Source: Solirubrobacterales bacterium
GTDB lineage: Bacteria > Actinomycetota > Thermoleophilia > Solirubrobacterales > 70-9
DNA: 64,000 nt
Assembly: GCA_045805725.1 (NCBI GenBank)
Contig: JBJMKQ010000069.1
Span: forward strand, 8,813 to 72,812
Reading direction: 5' to 3'
Shown here: one piece after another, positions 22,284 to 31,489 of the stretch
Layout: each line of letters opens with the position of its first letter
Numbering within the stretch: the first letter of the stretch is position 1
Program-made: the position numbers and the translations under genes
The notes under the pieces: generated by a model
Databases searched by the model: none
The model's input: the letters and a program-made list of their open reading frames with translations, nothing else
Told to the model about the DNA's origin: nothing

Positions 22284-24281
22284 TCAGGTCCCAGCGGTCA
22301 TCCCCTCGAGGTCGCGCCGCAGCTCGCGCAGCTCGTCGCGGATCCTCCCCGCCTCCTCGAACCGAAGGTCGTCGGCGGCCGCCAGCATCTCCTCCTCCAG
22401 CGCCACGATCGTCTTTTCGAGCTCCTCCGCCGAGGCGAACTCCTCCGCCCGCTTGCGTCGCCGTTTCCGCGGCGCCCGGTCCTCCATCGCCAGGAACTCG
22501 GCCATCTCCGAGATCCCTTTGCGCACCGTCTCCGGCGTGATCCCATGCTCCTCGTTGTAAGCGACCTGGATCGCGCGGCGGCGGTCGGTCTCGCGCATCG
22601 CCGCCCGCATCGCGTCGGTCTCCTTGTCGGCGTACATCAGCACCCGCCCGTTGACGTTCCGCGCCGCCCGCCCGATCGTCTGCACGAGGCTCGTCTCACC
22701 CCGCAGGAAGCCCTCCTTGTCAGCGTCGAGGATCGCCACCAGCGAGACCTCGGGCAGGTCGAGCCCCTCGCGCAGAAGGTTGACGCCGACCAGGACGTCG
22801 TACTCGCCGAGCCGCAGGTCGCGGACGATCTGGATCCGCTCCAGCGTGTCGACCTCGGAGTGCAGGTATCGAACCTTGACTCCGTACTCGAGCAGGTAGG
22901 CGGTCAGGTCCTCGGCCATCTTCTTGGTCAGCGTCGTCACCAAGGTGCGGTCCCCGTCGGCGGCCACCTGCTTGACCTCGTTCATCAGGTCGTCGATCTG
23001 GTTCCTGGTCGCCCTCAGCTCGATCGCGGGGTCGACGATCCCGGTCGGGCGGACGATCTGCTCGACAGTGCGGCTCGATTCCGCCTTCTCGAACGGCCCG
23101 GGGGTCGCCGAGACCATCACCAGCCGCGGCACCCGGTCGAGGAACTCCTGGAACCTCAGCGGCCGGTTGTCGATCGCCGAGGGCAGCCGGAAGCCGAAGT
23201 CGATCAGCGTGCTCTTGCGCGAGCGGTCCCCCTCGTACATGCCGCCGATCTGCGGGATCGTCTGGTGGGACTCGTCGACGAAGACGACGAAGTCGTCGGG
23301 GAAGTAGTCGATCAGCGTGTGCGGCGGGCTGCCGGGCGGGCGACCGTCGAGGATCCGCGAGTAGTTCTCGATCCCGGAGGTGAAACCGAGCTCCTTGATC
23401 ATCTCCAGGTCGTACATCGTCCGCTGCCGCAGCCGGTGCGCCTCCAGCTGCTTGCCCTCAGTTTCGAGTTCGGCCGCGCGGCTTTCCAGTTCGGCGCGGA
23501 TCTCGTCCACGGCGCGGTCGACAGTCTCGTCCTTGGTCACGTAGTGCGAGGCCGGCCAGACGGAGACGTGGTCGATCACGTCGAGCACCTCTCCCGTCAG
23601 CGGGTCGAAGTGCTGGATCCCCTCGATCTCGTCGCCGAAGAGGGCGATCCGGTAGGCCGACTCGGCGTAGGAGGGCATGATCTCCAGCACCTCGCCGCGG
23701 ACCCGGAAGGCGCCGCGGCCGAGCACCTGGTCGTTGCGCTGGTACTGCATCTTCACCAGCTTGCGCAGCACTTCGTCGCGGTCGATCTCCTCTCCGACCT
23801 TGAACAGCTGCATTTTTTCGTTGTAGACCTGGGGCGAGCCGATCCCGTAGATGCAGGAGACCGAGGCGACGATGATCACGTCGCGGCGGGCGAACAGCGC
23901 CGCGGTGGCGGCGTGGCGGAGGCGGTCGATCTCGTCGTTGATCGAGGAGTCCTTCTCGATGTAGAGGTCCTGCGCCGGAACGTAGGCCTCTGGCTGGTAG
24001 TAGTCGTAGTAGGAGACGAAGTACTCGACCGAGTTCTCTGGGAAGAACTCGCGGAACTCGTTGCAGAGCTGCGCGGCAAGCGTCTTGTTGTGGGCGATCA
24101 CCAGCGAGGGCCGCTGCGCTTCGGCGATCGTCGCCGCCATCGTGAAGGTCTTGCCGGTGCCGGTGGCGCCCAGCAAGGTCTGGAAGCGTTCCCCCTCGCG
24201 CAGCCCCTCGGCCAGCCCGGCGATCGCCTTCGGCTGGTCCGCGGTCGGCGTGTAGGCCGGGTTCAGCTTGAAATCGGGCAC
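22284..24281 (-). CDS. uvrB: excinuclease ABC subunit B
   Basis: 665 aa, GTG start. Helicase motifs GATGTGKT and DESH, and a C-terminal UVR domain. Confidence 0.97.
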   Translation of the reverse strand: MPDFKLNPAYTPTADQPKAIAGLAEGLREGERFQTLLGATGTGKTFTMAATIAEAQRPSLVIAHNKTLAAQLCNEFREFFPENSVEYFVSYYDYYQPEAYVPAQDLYIEKDSSINDEIDRLRHAATAALFARRDVIIVASVSCIYGIGSPQVYNEKMQLFKVGEEIDRDEVLRKLVKMQYQRNDQVLGRGAFRVRGEVLEIMPSYAESAYRIALFGDEIEGIQHFDPLTGEVLDVIDHVSVWPASHYVTKDETVDRAVDEIRAELESRAAELETEGKQLEAHRLRQRTMYDLEMIKELGFTSGIENYSRILDGRPPGSPPHTLIDYFPDDFVVFVDESHQTIPQIGGMYEGDRSRKSTLIDFGFRLPSAIDNRPLRFQEFLDRVPRLVMVSATPGPFEKAESSRTVEQIVRPTGIVDPAIELRATRNQIDDLMNEVKQVAADGDRTLVTTLTKKMAEDLTAYLLEYGVKVRYLHSEVDTLERIQIVRDLRLGEYDVLVGVNLLREGLDLPEVSLVAILDADKEGFLRGETSLVQTIGRAARNVNGRVLMYADKETDAMRAAMRETDRRRAIQVAYNEEHGITPETVRKGISEMAEFLAMEDRAPRKRRRKRAEEFASAEELEKTIVALEEEMLAAADDLRFEEAGRIRDELRELRRDLEGMTAGT

Positions 24282-24312
24282 GAAGCTTGAAAATAGCGAG
24301 GAGCCCCGCTGC

Positions 24313-24351
24313 GCTGTTCCTTATGGCTGCGTGACAACCACAAGGAACAGC
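24313..24351. promoter_or_regulatory. 10-bp inverted repeat in the uvrB / doxX-like divergent intergenic region
   Basis: GCTGTTCCTT (24313-24322) - 19 nt - AAGGAACAGC (24342-24351), perfect complement. It contains GTTC...GAAC half-sites in the inverted order relative to a Cheo box. Confidence 0.3.
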
Positions 24352-24370
24352 GGATTGGGAGACTCCGCGG

Positions 24371-24742
24371 ATGAAGCTCTCGCGCCTGGGCGTCGCCGCC
24401 CTCTTTGCCTTCACGGGGACGATGCACTTCCTGCGGCCCCGGTTCTTCGAAGCGATCGTGCCGCCGGCGATCGAGGCGCGGAAGAGGGAGGTCGTCGCGG
24501 TCAGCGGCGCCGCCGAGCTCGCCGGGGCGGCGATGGTCCTTCATCCGGCCCTGAGACCGCTGGGGCGCTGGTGGCTGCTGGCGCTTCTGATCGCCGTCTT
24601 CCCGGCCAACATCCACATGGCGGTCAACCCCGAGCAGATCCGCGGCCTCGACATGCGCAGGTTCCCGCGCTGGGCGCTCTGGGCGCGGCTGCCGCTGCAG
24701 CCGGTGGCGATGCTCTGGGTCTGGCGGGCAACCCGCCGCTAG
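24371..24742 (+). CDS. DoxX-like small membrane protein
   Basis: 123 aa with 4 predicted helices. The pattern resembles the DoxX_2 family. Confidence 0.6.
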   Translation: MKLSRLGVAALFAFTGTMHFLRPRFFEAIVPPAIEARKREVVAVSGAAELAGAAMVLHPALRPLGRWWLLALLIAVFPANIHMAVNPEQIRGLDMRRFPRWALWARLPLQPVAMLWVWRATRR

Positions 24743-24795
24743 GCCGGATCGGCGAAAGCCCCGGCGCCCCCTTCGCTGCGAATAGAGTGCAGGGC

Positions 24796-25050
24796 ATGGA
24801 CAAACGCGACCGCTTTGCAATCAACCTGCGACGCGCCCGCGATGCGGCGGGGATCTCCCAGGAAGAGCTGGCCCGCCGCTGCGAGGTTCACCGCACCGAG
24901 ATCTCGCTGCTCGAGCGCGGCGGCCGCGAACCCCGCCTCGGCACCATGGTCAAGCTCGCCACCGCTCTCGGCACCACCCCGCAAGCGCTCTGCAGCGGCA
25001 TCAGCTGGGACCCAAAGGCGCGCGACTACAGGATCGATAGGCCTAGCTGA
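24796..25050 (+). CDS. XRE-family helix-turn-helix transcriptional regulator
   Basis: Trimmed to ATG 24796. LRRARDAAGISQEELARRCEVHRTEISLLERGGREPRLGTMVKLATALG is a canonical Cro/C1 HTH. Confidence 0.75.
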   Translation: MDKRDRFAINLRRARDAAGISQEELARRCEVHRTEISLLERGGREPRLGTMVKLATALGTTPQALCSGISWDPKARDYRIDRPS

Positions 25051-25062
25051 TCCAGTGGCTGG

Positions 25063-25141
25063 GCGGGCGAGGGTGCCCCTCTCCAGACACTCAACATCGA
25101 GCCATAGCGAGATGTGTCTGGAGAGGGGCACCCTCGCCCGC
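25063..25141. repeat. long perfect hairpin, copy A of a 3-member palindromic repeat family
   Basis: 28-bp perfect stem (25063-25090 / 25114-25141) with the 23-nt loop TCAACATCGAGCCATAGCGAGAT. It lies between convergent stops (25050 and 25151). Confidence 0.85.
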
Positions 25142-25150
25142 GGCCAACCT

Positions 25151-25696
25151 TCAGGGCAGGAACTGTTCGATGATGCTGCCGGCGGGGCCGAGGAAGCCTT
25201 CGACGTTGCCGAGGAGCGATTTGGCGTTCTGGACCAGTTCGATCGCTTCTTCTAGCGGGATGCGCTGGAGCGTCTCCCGCAGGGGGACCGCCAGCAGGGG
25301 GCTGAGGGCGCCCGCTTCTTCGGCGTCGTCGACCGCCCGCACGAGGCCGGCGCGGATCGCCTTGGCCAGCTTTTCGTCGTCGATCCCGTACTTCTCGGTG
25401 AAGCGCCTGCGGTTCGCCGGCGTCGCCAGCGCCCGCGCCAGCGTCTCCCGCGAGACTCCGAGCTGGCAGGCAGCGCCGTCGAGGGCCGAGATCGAGAACT
25501 GGTTGGCGATTTCTCCCAGGCTCTGGGGGTTGCTCCAGGGCCGCGGCTTGCAGGGGTCCTGAACCTTCTCCGGCGTGTAGCTGGAACCCCCCGCCGCCAG
25601 ATAGGCGCCGACCAGCAGCAGGGAGGCGACGATTGAACCGATTACCAGCAGCGGACCGCGGCTGCGGGTGGCCGCGGTGGGCGTCACCTCGTTCAC
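25151..25696 (-). CDS. membrane-anchored hypothetical protein
   Basis: 181 aa. N-terminal TM segment PLLVIGSIVASLLLVGAYLAAGG, then a helical soluble domain. 4-nt overlap with the MFS gene stop. Confidence 0.55.
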   Translation of the reverse strand: MNEVTPTAATRSRGPLLVIGSIVASLLLVGAYLAAGGSSYTPEKVQDPCKPRPWSNPQSLGEIANQFSISALDGAACQLGVSRETLARALATPANRRRFTEKYGIDDEKLAKAIRAGLVRAVDDAEEAGALSPLLAVPLRETLQRIPLEEAIELVQNAKSLLGNVEGFLGPAGSIIEQFLP

Positions 25697-27081
25697 AGCT
25701 CCACCTCCCGCGAGAGGGCGATCGGGAACAGCGCGATCAGGCCCAGCAGCGCCGCCAGGATGAAGGAGGTGCTGAAGGCGTGGGTGGCGCCGCGGTCGAG
25801 CTGGTCCTGCAGTTCGCCCTGCAGCTGCCGCGCTTCAGCCCGTTCGCCCGCATCGTCGGGCAGCGGTTCGAAGGCCGGGCCGATCGTCGGCACCTTCCCC
25901 TTCTCTTCTTCGAGCCGCTTGCTGACCCTCTGCGCCAGGTCGATCTTCAGCAGCGGGTTGACCGGCGAGTCGAGGATCACCGCGGTGCCGGCGTCGATCG
26001 CGTCGTGGCGCTGCTGGTCGATTTCGGCGGTGAAGATCGGGGTCAGCACCAGCAGCCCGATCACCACCCCGGCGTGGCGGGCGGAGATCGTCCAGCCGCC
26101 GTGGATCGCCTGCGGCGCCCGGCCGCCGAGCGCGGTCTCGGTCAGCGCCGAGAGCACAAGCGCCAGGCCGACCCCGACGAGGACCTGCGGCGGGATCGTC
26201 AGCGCGATCGTCGCCTTCGGCAGGAAGGCGAGGCCGGCGAGGCCGCCGGAGACGAGGATCGCCCCGGCCGCCGCCCGCGAGCGGGCGTCGGCGACGAGCT
26301 CGGTCAGCCTGCCGCCGGCGATCGCCGCCAGCGGCATCGTCGAGACAACGAGCGCGGCCACGATCGGGCTCAGCCGCCAGCCTTCGATCAGCAGCAGGAC
26401 GAGCAGGAAGAGCGCCGCCGCGATCGCCGCCGAGACCATCGCCAGGGCCAGGTTCGCCCAGAGGTGCGGGCGGCCGGTGCGGCGCAGCTCCGGTTCGATC
26501 ACGCCGGTCGCCGCCTCGTGGCGGGCCACCGCCAGGATCGGCGCCGCCGCCACCAGCGCGACCGGCACCTGCAGCAGGAAGATCGACTGCCAGGAGATCA
26601 GCTCGGTGAGGATCCCGCCCAGCGCCGGCCCGAGCGCGGCGCCGGTAGCCCCCGCCGCCGCCCAGACCGTCGCCGCCCGCTGCTCGGAACCAACCGTCGC
26701 CGGCAGCAGCTCCAGCGCCGCGGTCACCGCGGCGGCGCCCCCGAGCGCCTGCACGCAGCGGGCCACGATTAGAGCCGAGAGGCTGTCGGCGAGGCCGCAG
26801 GCGAGGCCGGCGCCGGCGAAGACCGCGAGGCCGACCGCGGCGGCGCGTCCCGGCCCCACCCGCCGCGCCAGCAGTGCCGCCGGCACCGCCGCCAGCGCCA
26901 TCACCAGGTTGAAGGAAACCAGCACCCAGGTGACGCCGGCGACGCTGGTGTCCAGTTCCCGGTAGATGTCCGGCAGGGCGAGGACGACAATCGAGGAGTC
27001 GGCCAGCACCACCCCGACGGCAAGGGCGAGGGCGGCGACGCGGGGTCGGGGCACGGCGTTAATAGCCCAGCTCCCTGCCAT
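25693..27081 (-). CDS. MFS transporter (DHA2/EmrB-like, about 14 TM)
   Basis: Polytopic ORF. Start is either ATG 27081 (23-nt overlap with the upstream gene) or GTG 27054 (no overlap). Confidence 0.85.
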   Translation of the reverse strand: MAGSWAINAVPRPRVAALALAVGVVLADSSIVVLALPDIYRELDTSVAGVTWVLVSFNLVMALAAVPAALLARRVGPGRAAAVGLAVFAGAGLACGLADSLSALIVARCVQALGGAAAVTAALELLPATVGSEQRAATVWAAAGATGAALGPALGGILTELISWQSIFLLQVPVALVAAAPILAVARHEAATGVIEPELRRTGRPHLWANLALAMVSAAIAAALFLLVLLLIEGWRLSPIVAALVVSTMPLAAIAGGRLTELVADARSRAAAGAILVSGGLAGLAFLPKATIALTIPPQVLVGVGLALVLSALTETALGGRAPQAIHGGWTISARHAGVVIGLLVLTPIFTAEIDQQRHDAIDAGTAVILDSPVNPLLKIDLAQRVSKRLEEEKGKVPTIGPAFEPLPDDAGERAEARQLQGELQDQLDRGATHAFSTSFILAALLGLIALFPIALSREVEL

Positions 27082-27640
27082 ACTTCCGCCGGTACTCCTG
27101 CTGCTTCTCCAGCACCTCTTCGACATAGGCGCGCGTTTCCGGGAAGGGGATTTCCTCGACGTTCAGGTCCGCCCCGCCCCACCTGTCGGCGTTGCCGGGA
27201 CCGGCGTTGTAAGCGGCGAGCGCCGCGGCCTCGTCGCCGTCGTAGCGGTCGAGCAGTTCGCGGAGAAGAAAGGTCCCGTAGCGGATGTTGATTTCCGGAT
27301 CCCCCAGATCCTTCAGTTCGAAGCTGGTGGCATCGCTGTTCCTGGCGATCGTCGCGGCGGCTTCCGGCGTGATCTGCATCAGTCCCCGCGCCCCCGCGCT
27401 CGATTCCTGATCGCTGAACTTCGACTCCGAGTAGATCACGGCGGCGATCAGCGCCGCGTCGACGCCCTTTTCGTCGGCCTGCTGGCGGATCACGTCCTCG
27501 TGGCGCAGCGGCAGGGTCAGCTCCCTGATCGCATGGTTGAAGGCGCCGCTGGCGACGAGATAGGCCGCGCCAAGCCCCGCGAGCACCGCGATCCCGCCCC
27601 AGGTCGCGCGCCGGCGACGGGCTCGCACCTTCCGTCTCAT
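27059..27640 (-). CDS. lytic transglycosylase (SLT domain), membrane-anchored
   Basis: Trimmed to ATG 27640 (ATGA overlap with coaE). YSESKFSDQESSAGARGLMQITP catalytic motif and AYNAGPGN. Confidence 0.85.
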   Translation of the reverse strand: MRRKVRARRRRATWGGIAVLAGLGAAYLVASGAFNHAIRELTLPLRHEDVIRQQADEKGVDAALIAAVIYSESKFSDQESSAGARGLMQITPEAAATIARNSDATSFELKDLGDPEINIRYGTFLLRELLDRYDGDEAAALAAYNAGPGNADRWGGADLNVEEIPFPETRAYVEEVLEKQQEYRRKYGRELGY

Positions 27641-28218
27641 CGCCTCAGCTTCGCGAGCAGGGCGGACAGCTCCCGCTCGAGGTCGACGATCGAGCCGTCG
27701 TTCGGCACGACGTGCTCGGCCCGCTCGGCCTTCTCCGGCTGGGTCAGCTGCCGCGCCTCGCGCTCGTCTACCAGCGCATGGCCGCGGGCCGCCGCGCGCT
27801 CCCGCCGCACCTCGTCGACCGTCACCACGGCAACGGTCGTGTCGAAGACCTCGTCGCTGCCCGCCTCGAACAGCAGCGGCACCTCGACGACCGCGACCTC
27901 GGCCTCCTCGGGCAGGGAGGCGAGCCAGGCCGCGGTGCGCTCCCTCACCAACGGGTGGATCTGCTCCTCCAGCCAGCCCAGCTGCTCGGGGTCGGCGAAG
28001 ACGATCTCGCCGATCTTCGCGCGGTCGAGCGCTCCATCGGGGACCACCTCCGGCCCCCACCGCGCAACCAGACGGTCGCGCAGCGCCGGGCTTTCGAGCA
28101 ACTCGTGGACGACCGCGTCGCTGGAGAGCGTCGCCGCCCCCAGGCGCGCGAAAGCCTTCAGCGCCTCCGACTTCCCGGCCGCGATGCCGCCGGTGAGGCC
28201 GATCTTCAGGGGCGCCAC
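27637..28218 (-). CDS. coaE: dephospho-CoA kinase
   Basis: 193 aa, IGLTGGIAAGKS P-loop. Confidence 0.9.
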   Translation of the reverse strand: MAPLKIGLTGGIAAGKSEALKAFARLGAATLSSDAVVHELLESPALRDRLVARWGPEVVPDGALDRAKIGEIVFADPEQLGWLEEQIHPLVRERTAAWLASLPEEAEVAVVEVPLLFEAGSDEVFDTTVAVVTVDEVRRERAAARGHALVDEREARQLTQPEKAERAEHVVPNDGSIVDLERELSALLAKLRR

Positions 28219-28227
28219 GGGCGCCGC

Positions 28228-29718
28228 TCAGCTCTGGTCGGACTCGCTCGTCTGCGCGTCGTCGCCCGAGGATTCCTCGCCAGCGGCCTCGTCGACGTCA
28301 TCAGGGGAATCCGGCCGCTCCTGCGCCGATTCCCCCTCTTGGTGCTCCCCGGGGTCCTCCTCGGAAGTACCGTTCGCCTCGGCGACCGGAGCGGGATCTG
28401 CCTCGTCGGAGGCCTCTACCTCCTGCGGCGCCTCGCCCGGCGCCTCTTCGGAAGACTGCTCCTCGGCAGGGACATCAGCAGCCGGGGCCGCATCCGCAAA
28501 CGCGTCTGCCATAAGACCTGAAGGCGGATCCGCCTGAACCTCGGTTGCCTCTTCCTGGCTGTCTTCAGCCTGCGCGATCTGCTCGCCGAGCCCCGCCATC
28601 GCCATGTTCTGCCCCTCGACCCGCTTGATGCTGAGCGAGAGGCGCCGCCGCTCTTCGTCGATCTCGAGGATCTTTACGTTCAGCTTCGAGCCGGGCTCGA
28701 CCACTTCGCTCGGGTTCTCGACGTGATGGTCGGCAAGCTCGGAGATGTGGACGAGCCCCTCGACCCCCGGAAGGATTTCTACGAAGGCGCCGAAGGCGAC
28801 CACCTTGGTCACCGTCCCCTCCAGCACGTCGCCGCCGCGGTGGGTGCTTACGACCCGCTGCCAGGGGTCCTCCTGGGTCTGCTTGAGACCGAGGGAGATG
28901 CGCTGGCGGTCGCGGTCGATGTCGAGCACTTTGATCCGCACGTCGTCGCCGATGGAGACGACTTCGGAGGGGTGGTTGACGTGGCTCCAGGAAAGCTCGG
29001 AGATGTGGATCAGGCCGTCGATGCCGTCGAGGTCGACGAAGGCGCCGAAGTCGACGATGTTGGAGATCTTGCCCTCGACGACCTGGCCGGGCTCGAGGCG
29101 GCCGAGGATCTGCTCACGGACCTCTTTGCGCTCCTCCTCGAGGACGGCGCGCCGCGAGAGGACCACGTTGTTGCGGCTGCGGTTGAGCTCGATCACTTTG
29201 CATTCGAGCGTCTGGCCCATGAACTCGTCGAGGTTGTGGACGCGGCGAATGTCGACCAGCGAGGCGGGCAGGAAGCCGCGCACCCCGAGGTCGAGGATGA
29301 GGCCGCCCTTGACGACCTCGATGACGCCGCCTTCGACCGGTTCGCCCGAGTCGGCGGCGACCTCGATCCGGCGCCACGCCTTCTCGAAGCGGGCTCGCTT
29401 CTTGGAGAGGATCAGCCGTCCCTCGGCGTCCTCCTTGGTGAGCACGAGGGCGTCGATCTCCTCGCCCAGCTCGACCTCTTCGTGCGGATCGACGGACTTG
29501 CGAATCGAAAGCTCGTTCGACGGGATGACGCCCTCGGCCTTGTAGCCGATATCGACCAGCACCTCGTCTTTGTCGATGCGGACGACCTTGCCTTTGACGA
29601 CGTCGCCCTCCTCGAAGGAGACCATCGTCGCCGCGTAATTGGGGACGATCCTGCCGTCGATGTTGAGAAGCAGCCCGCCCGAACCCTCGACGGGGGTGGC
29701 GCTGGGCGCAGGCGTCAT
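28228..29718 (-). CDS. rpsA: 30S ribosomal protein S1 with long acidic C-terminal tail
   Basis: Four S1 repeats (GDVVKGKVVRIDKDEVLVDIGYKAEGVIPSNELS etc.). The track start 29745 is a TTG; ATG 29718 is preferred. Confidence 0.95.
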   Translation of the reverse strand: MTPAPSATPVEGSGGLLLNIDGRIVPNYAATMVSFEEGDVVKGKVVRIDKDEVLVDIGYKAEGVIPSNELSIRKSVDPHEEVELGEEIDALVLTKEDAEGRLILSKKRARFEKAWRRIEVAADSGEPVEGGVIEVVKGGLILDLGVRGFLPASLVDIRRVHNLDEFMGQTLECKVIELNRSRNNVVLSRRAVLEEERKEVREQILGRLEPGQVVEGKISNIVDFGAFVDLDGIDGLIHISELSWSHVNHPSEVVSIGDDVRIKVLDIDRDRQRISLGLKQTQEDPWQRVVSTHRGGDVLEGTVTKVVAFGAFVEILPGVEGLVHISELADHHVENPSEVVEPGSKLNVKILEIDEERRRLSLSIKRVEGQNMAMAGLGEQIAQAEDSQEEATEVQADPPSGLMADAFADAAPAADVPAEEQSSEEAPGEAPQEVEASDEADPAPVAEANGTSEEDPGEHQEGESAQERPDSPDDVDEAAGEESSGDDAQTSESDQS

Positions 29719-29765
29719 GGTCTCGGTCGCGGACACGGGCGGCAATGATGGCAGAATCCGCGTCG

Positions 29766-31019
29766 ATGCCGGTCCGAGCCACCAAGCGCGGCGACGAGCG
29801 CACGCCGCTCGACGGCGAGCACGACGTTCTGATTTGCGGCGCCAGCTTCGCCGGGCTCGCGGTCGCCCGTGAGCTGGCGGGTTCCGGGGCCGACGTCCTG
29901 ATCCTCGACCGCTACGAGATCGGGGAGCGGCAGACCTCGGCCTGCGGGATCCCGACCGAGTGGCTGCGGCGGCTGGGGCTGATGGACGCCGAGCGCCAGC
30001 GCTTCGACACGCTGGTCATGCACACCCCCCACGGCGACGCCCGCTACCGGCTCCCTTGGACCTTCTCCACCTTCGACTACCGCGAGCTCTGCCGACTTCT
30101 CTGGCGCGACTGCGACGCCCGCTTCGAGACCGCCAAGGTGAACGGGCGCGCGGTCGATGTCGATTTCTTCTCGGATAGCGAGAGGAAATCGACACTGCGC
30201 GAGGGCGCGATCGCGATCGACACGGACCGCGGCATCGTCTCCGCCCCGCTCGTCGTCGACGCCCTCGGCTGGCGGCGGATGCTGGCGCCCGGCGACGGCT
30301 ACCAGCCGCCCGACGCGCCGCTCTCGCGCGGGCTCGAGGTGCATCCCGGCGGCGAGTCCGAGGACCTCGCGATCTGGATCGACCGCAGGTACGTCCCCGC
30401 CGGCTACGGATGGTCCTTCCCGGCCCGCGACGAGCTGCGGATCGGGATCGGGTCCTTCGATCCCCGCTTCCACGTCAAGGAGACGACCGTGGAGCTGACC
30501 CGGGACCTCGGCAAGGAGCCGAACGAGTACCAGGGCAACTGGATCCCCCACAAGCTGCGCCGCGGCACCGAGGGCGGCGTCTTCTTCGTCGGCGACTCGG
30601 CCGGCCACTGCCTGCCGCTCAGCGCCGAGGGGATCAGGACCGCCCTCTACTTCGGGATAGCGCTGGGCCGCGAGCTGCGCGGCGTCCTCGCCGGGACCCG
30701 GAGCCGGGCCGAGGCCGAATCGAGCTACGCCTCCTTCCACGACTCGCACGAGTGGAAGTTCAGGTGGATGCTGCGCGCGCAGAAGCTGGTGCCGCGAGTG
30801 CCGCCGCGGATCCTCGGCCCGCTGATCCGGCTGCTGGGGTCGAAGCGCTTCGTCGACTGGTCCTTCAACCACTACCTGGCGATCGCGCCACCTGAGTTCG
30901 CGGGGTCGGATCTGGCCACCGGATCAGCGGACGACCAGCACCGTCCCGGCCAGCAGCAGGGCGACGCCGAGGAGGCGCTGCGGCGAGAGCGCGACCTGGT
31001 CGAGGCCGAAAAGGCCTAG
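29766..31019 (+). CDS. FAD-dependent oxidoreductase, geranylgeranyl reductase family
   Basis: DVLICGASFAGLAVARELAGSGADVLILDR dinucleotide-binding fold. Start at ATG 29766 (29745 also possible). The last 96 nt overlap the convergent gene. Confidence 0.8.
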   Translation: MPVRATKRGDERTPLDGEHDVLICGASFAGLAVARELAGSGADVLILDRYEIGERQTSACGIPTEWLRRLGLMDAERQRFDTLVMHTPHGDARYRLPWTFSTFDYRELCRLLWRDCDARFETAKVNGRAVDVDFFSDSERKSTLREGAIAIDTDRGIVSAPLVVDALGWRRMLAPGDGYQPPDAPLSRGLEVHPGGESEDLAIWIDRRYVPAGYGWSFPARDELRIGIGSFDPRFHVKETTVELTRDLGKEPNEYQGNWIPHKLRRGTEGGVFFVGDSAGHCLPLSAEGIRTALYFGIALGRELRGVLAGTRSRAEAESSYASFHDSHEWKFRWMLRAQKLVPRVPPRILGPLIRLLGSKRFVDWSFNHYLAIAPPEFAGSDLATGSADDQHRPGQQQGDAEEALRRERDLVEAEKA

Positions 31020-31361
31020 CCGGTCGATCACCACCGAGGCGGTCAGCTGGCCGAACACGGTGGCCGCGGCGACGCCTCCGGCGCCGATCGCGGAGACGGC
31101 GATCAGCGCGTTCAGCACGTAGAGGGCACCGAGGAAGCCGCCGAGCAGGTAGTACCAGCTGACGTCGAAGGTCGAAGAGAGGCCGCCGGCCTTGCCGCTG
31201 AGGACGACGACCGCAGCCAGGGCAAGGGTGCCGACCGAGAAGGAGACAAGGGCGGCCGGCATGCTCCCGGTCGCCTTGCCGAGTCCGGCGTTGATCGGCG
31301 CCTGGGCGGCGATCAGGCCCCCCGCGGCGGCGGTGAGGAGAACGGCGAGCCCCCTATCCAC
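30924..31361 (-). CDS. DMT-superfamily small membrane protein (DUF606/YdcZ-like)
   Basis: 145 aa, 4-5 TM helices, GTG start. Confidence 0.75.
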   Translation of the reverse strand: MDRGLAVLLTAAAGGLIAAQAPINAGLGKATGSMPAALVSFSVGTLALAAVVVLSGKAGGLSSTFDVSWYYLLGGFLGALYVLNALIAVSAIGAGGVAAATVFGQLTASVVIDRLGLFGLDQVALSPQRLLGVALLLAGTVLVVR

Positions 31362-31489
31362 GGGTCTTGCCGTCTCTTCGCGTGATCTTCGGGCTGGACA
31401 TGTGTTGGGTCGGTTGAGGCGGGATTGAACCCCGCTCCCCTCATATCAGTAACGCAATAGGACGATCCGGTCGATCCAGGCAACCAGTT

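Noticed and set aside
31419-31435. GCGGG-ATTGAAC-CCCGC. On the minus strand this resembles a tRNA T-arm followed by an acceptor-like CTCAACC, raising the idea of a tRNA remnant or att site upstream of the sigma gene.
   Set aside because: The loop is GTTCAAT rather than the canonical TTCRANY context. No D-arm or anticodon arm can be folded from the 74 nt upstream, and the 5' acceptor matches only 5/7. It is more likely part of the sigma promoter region.
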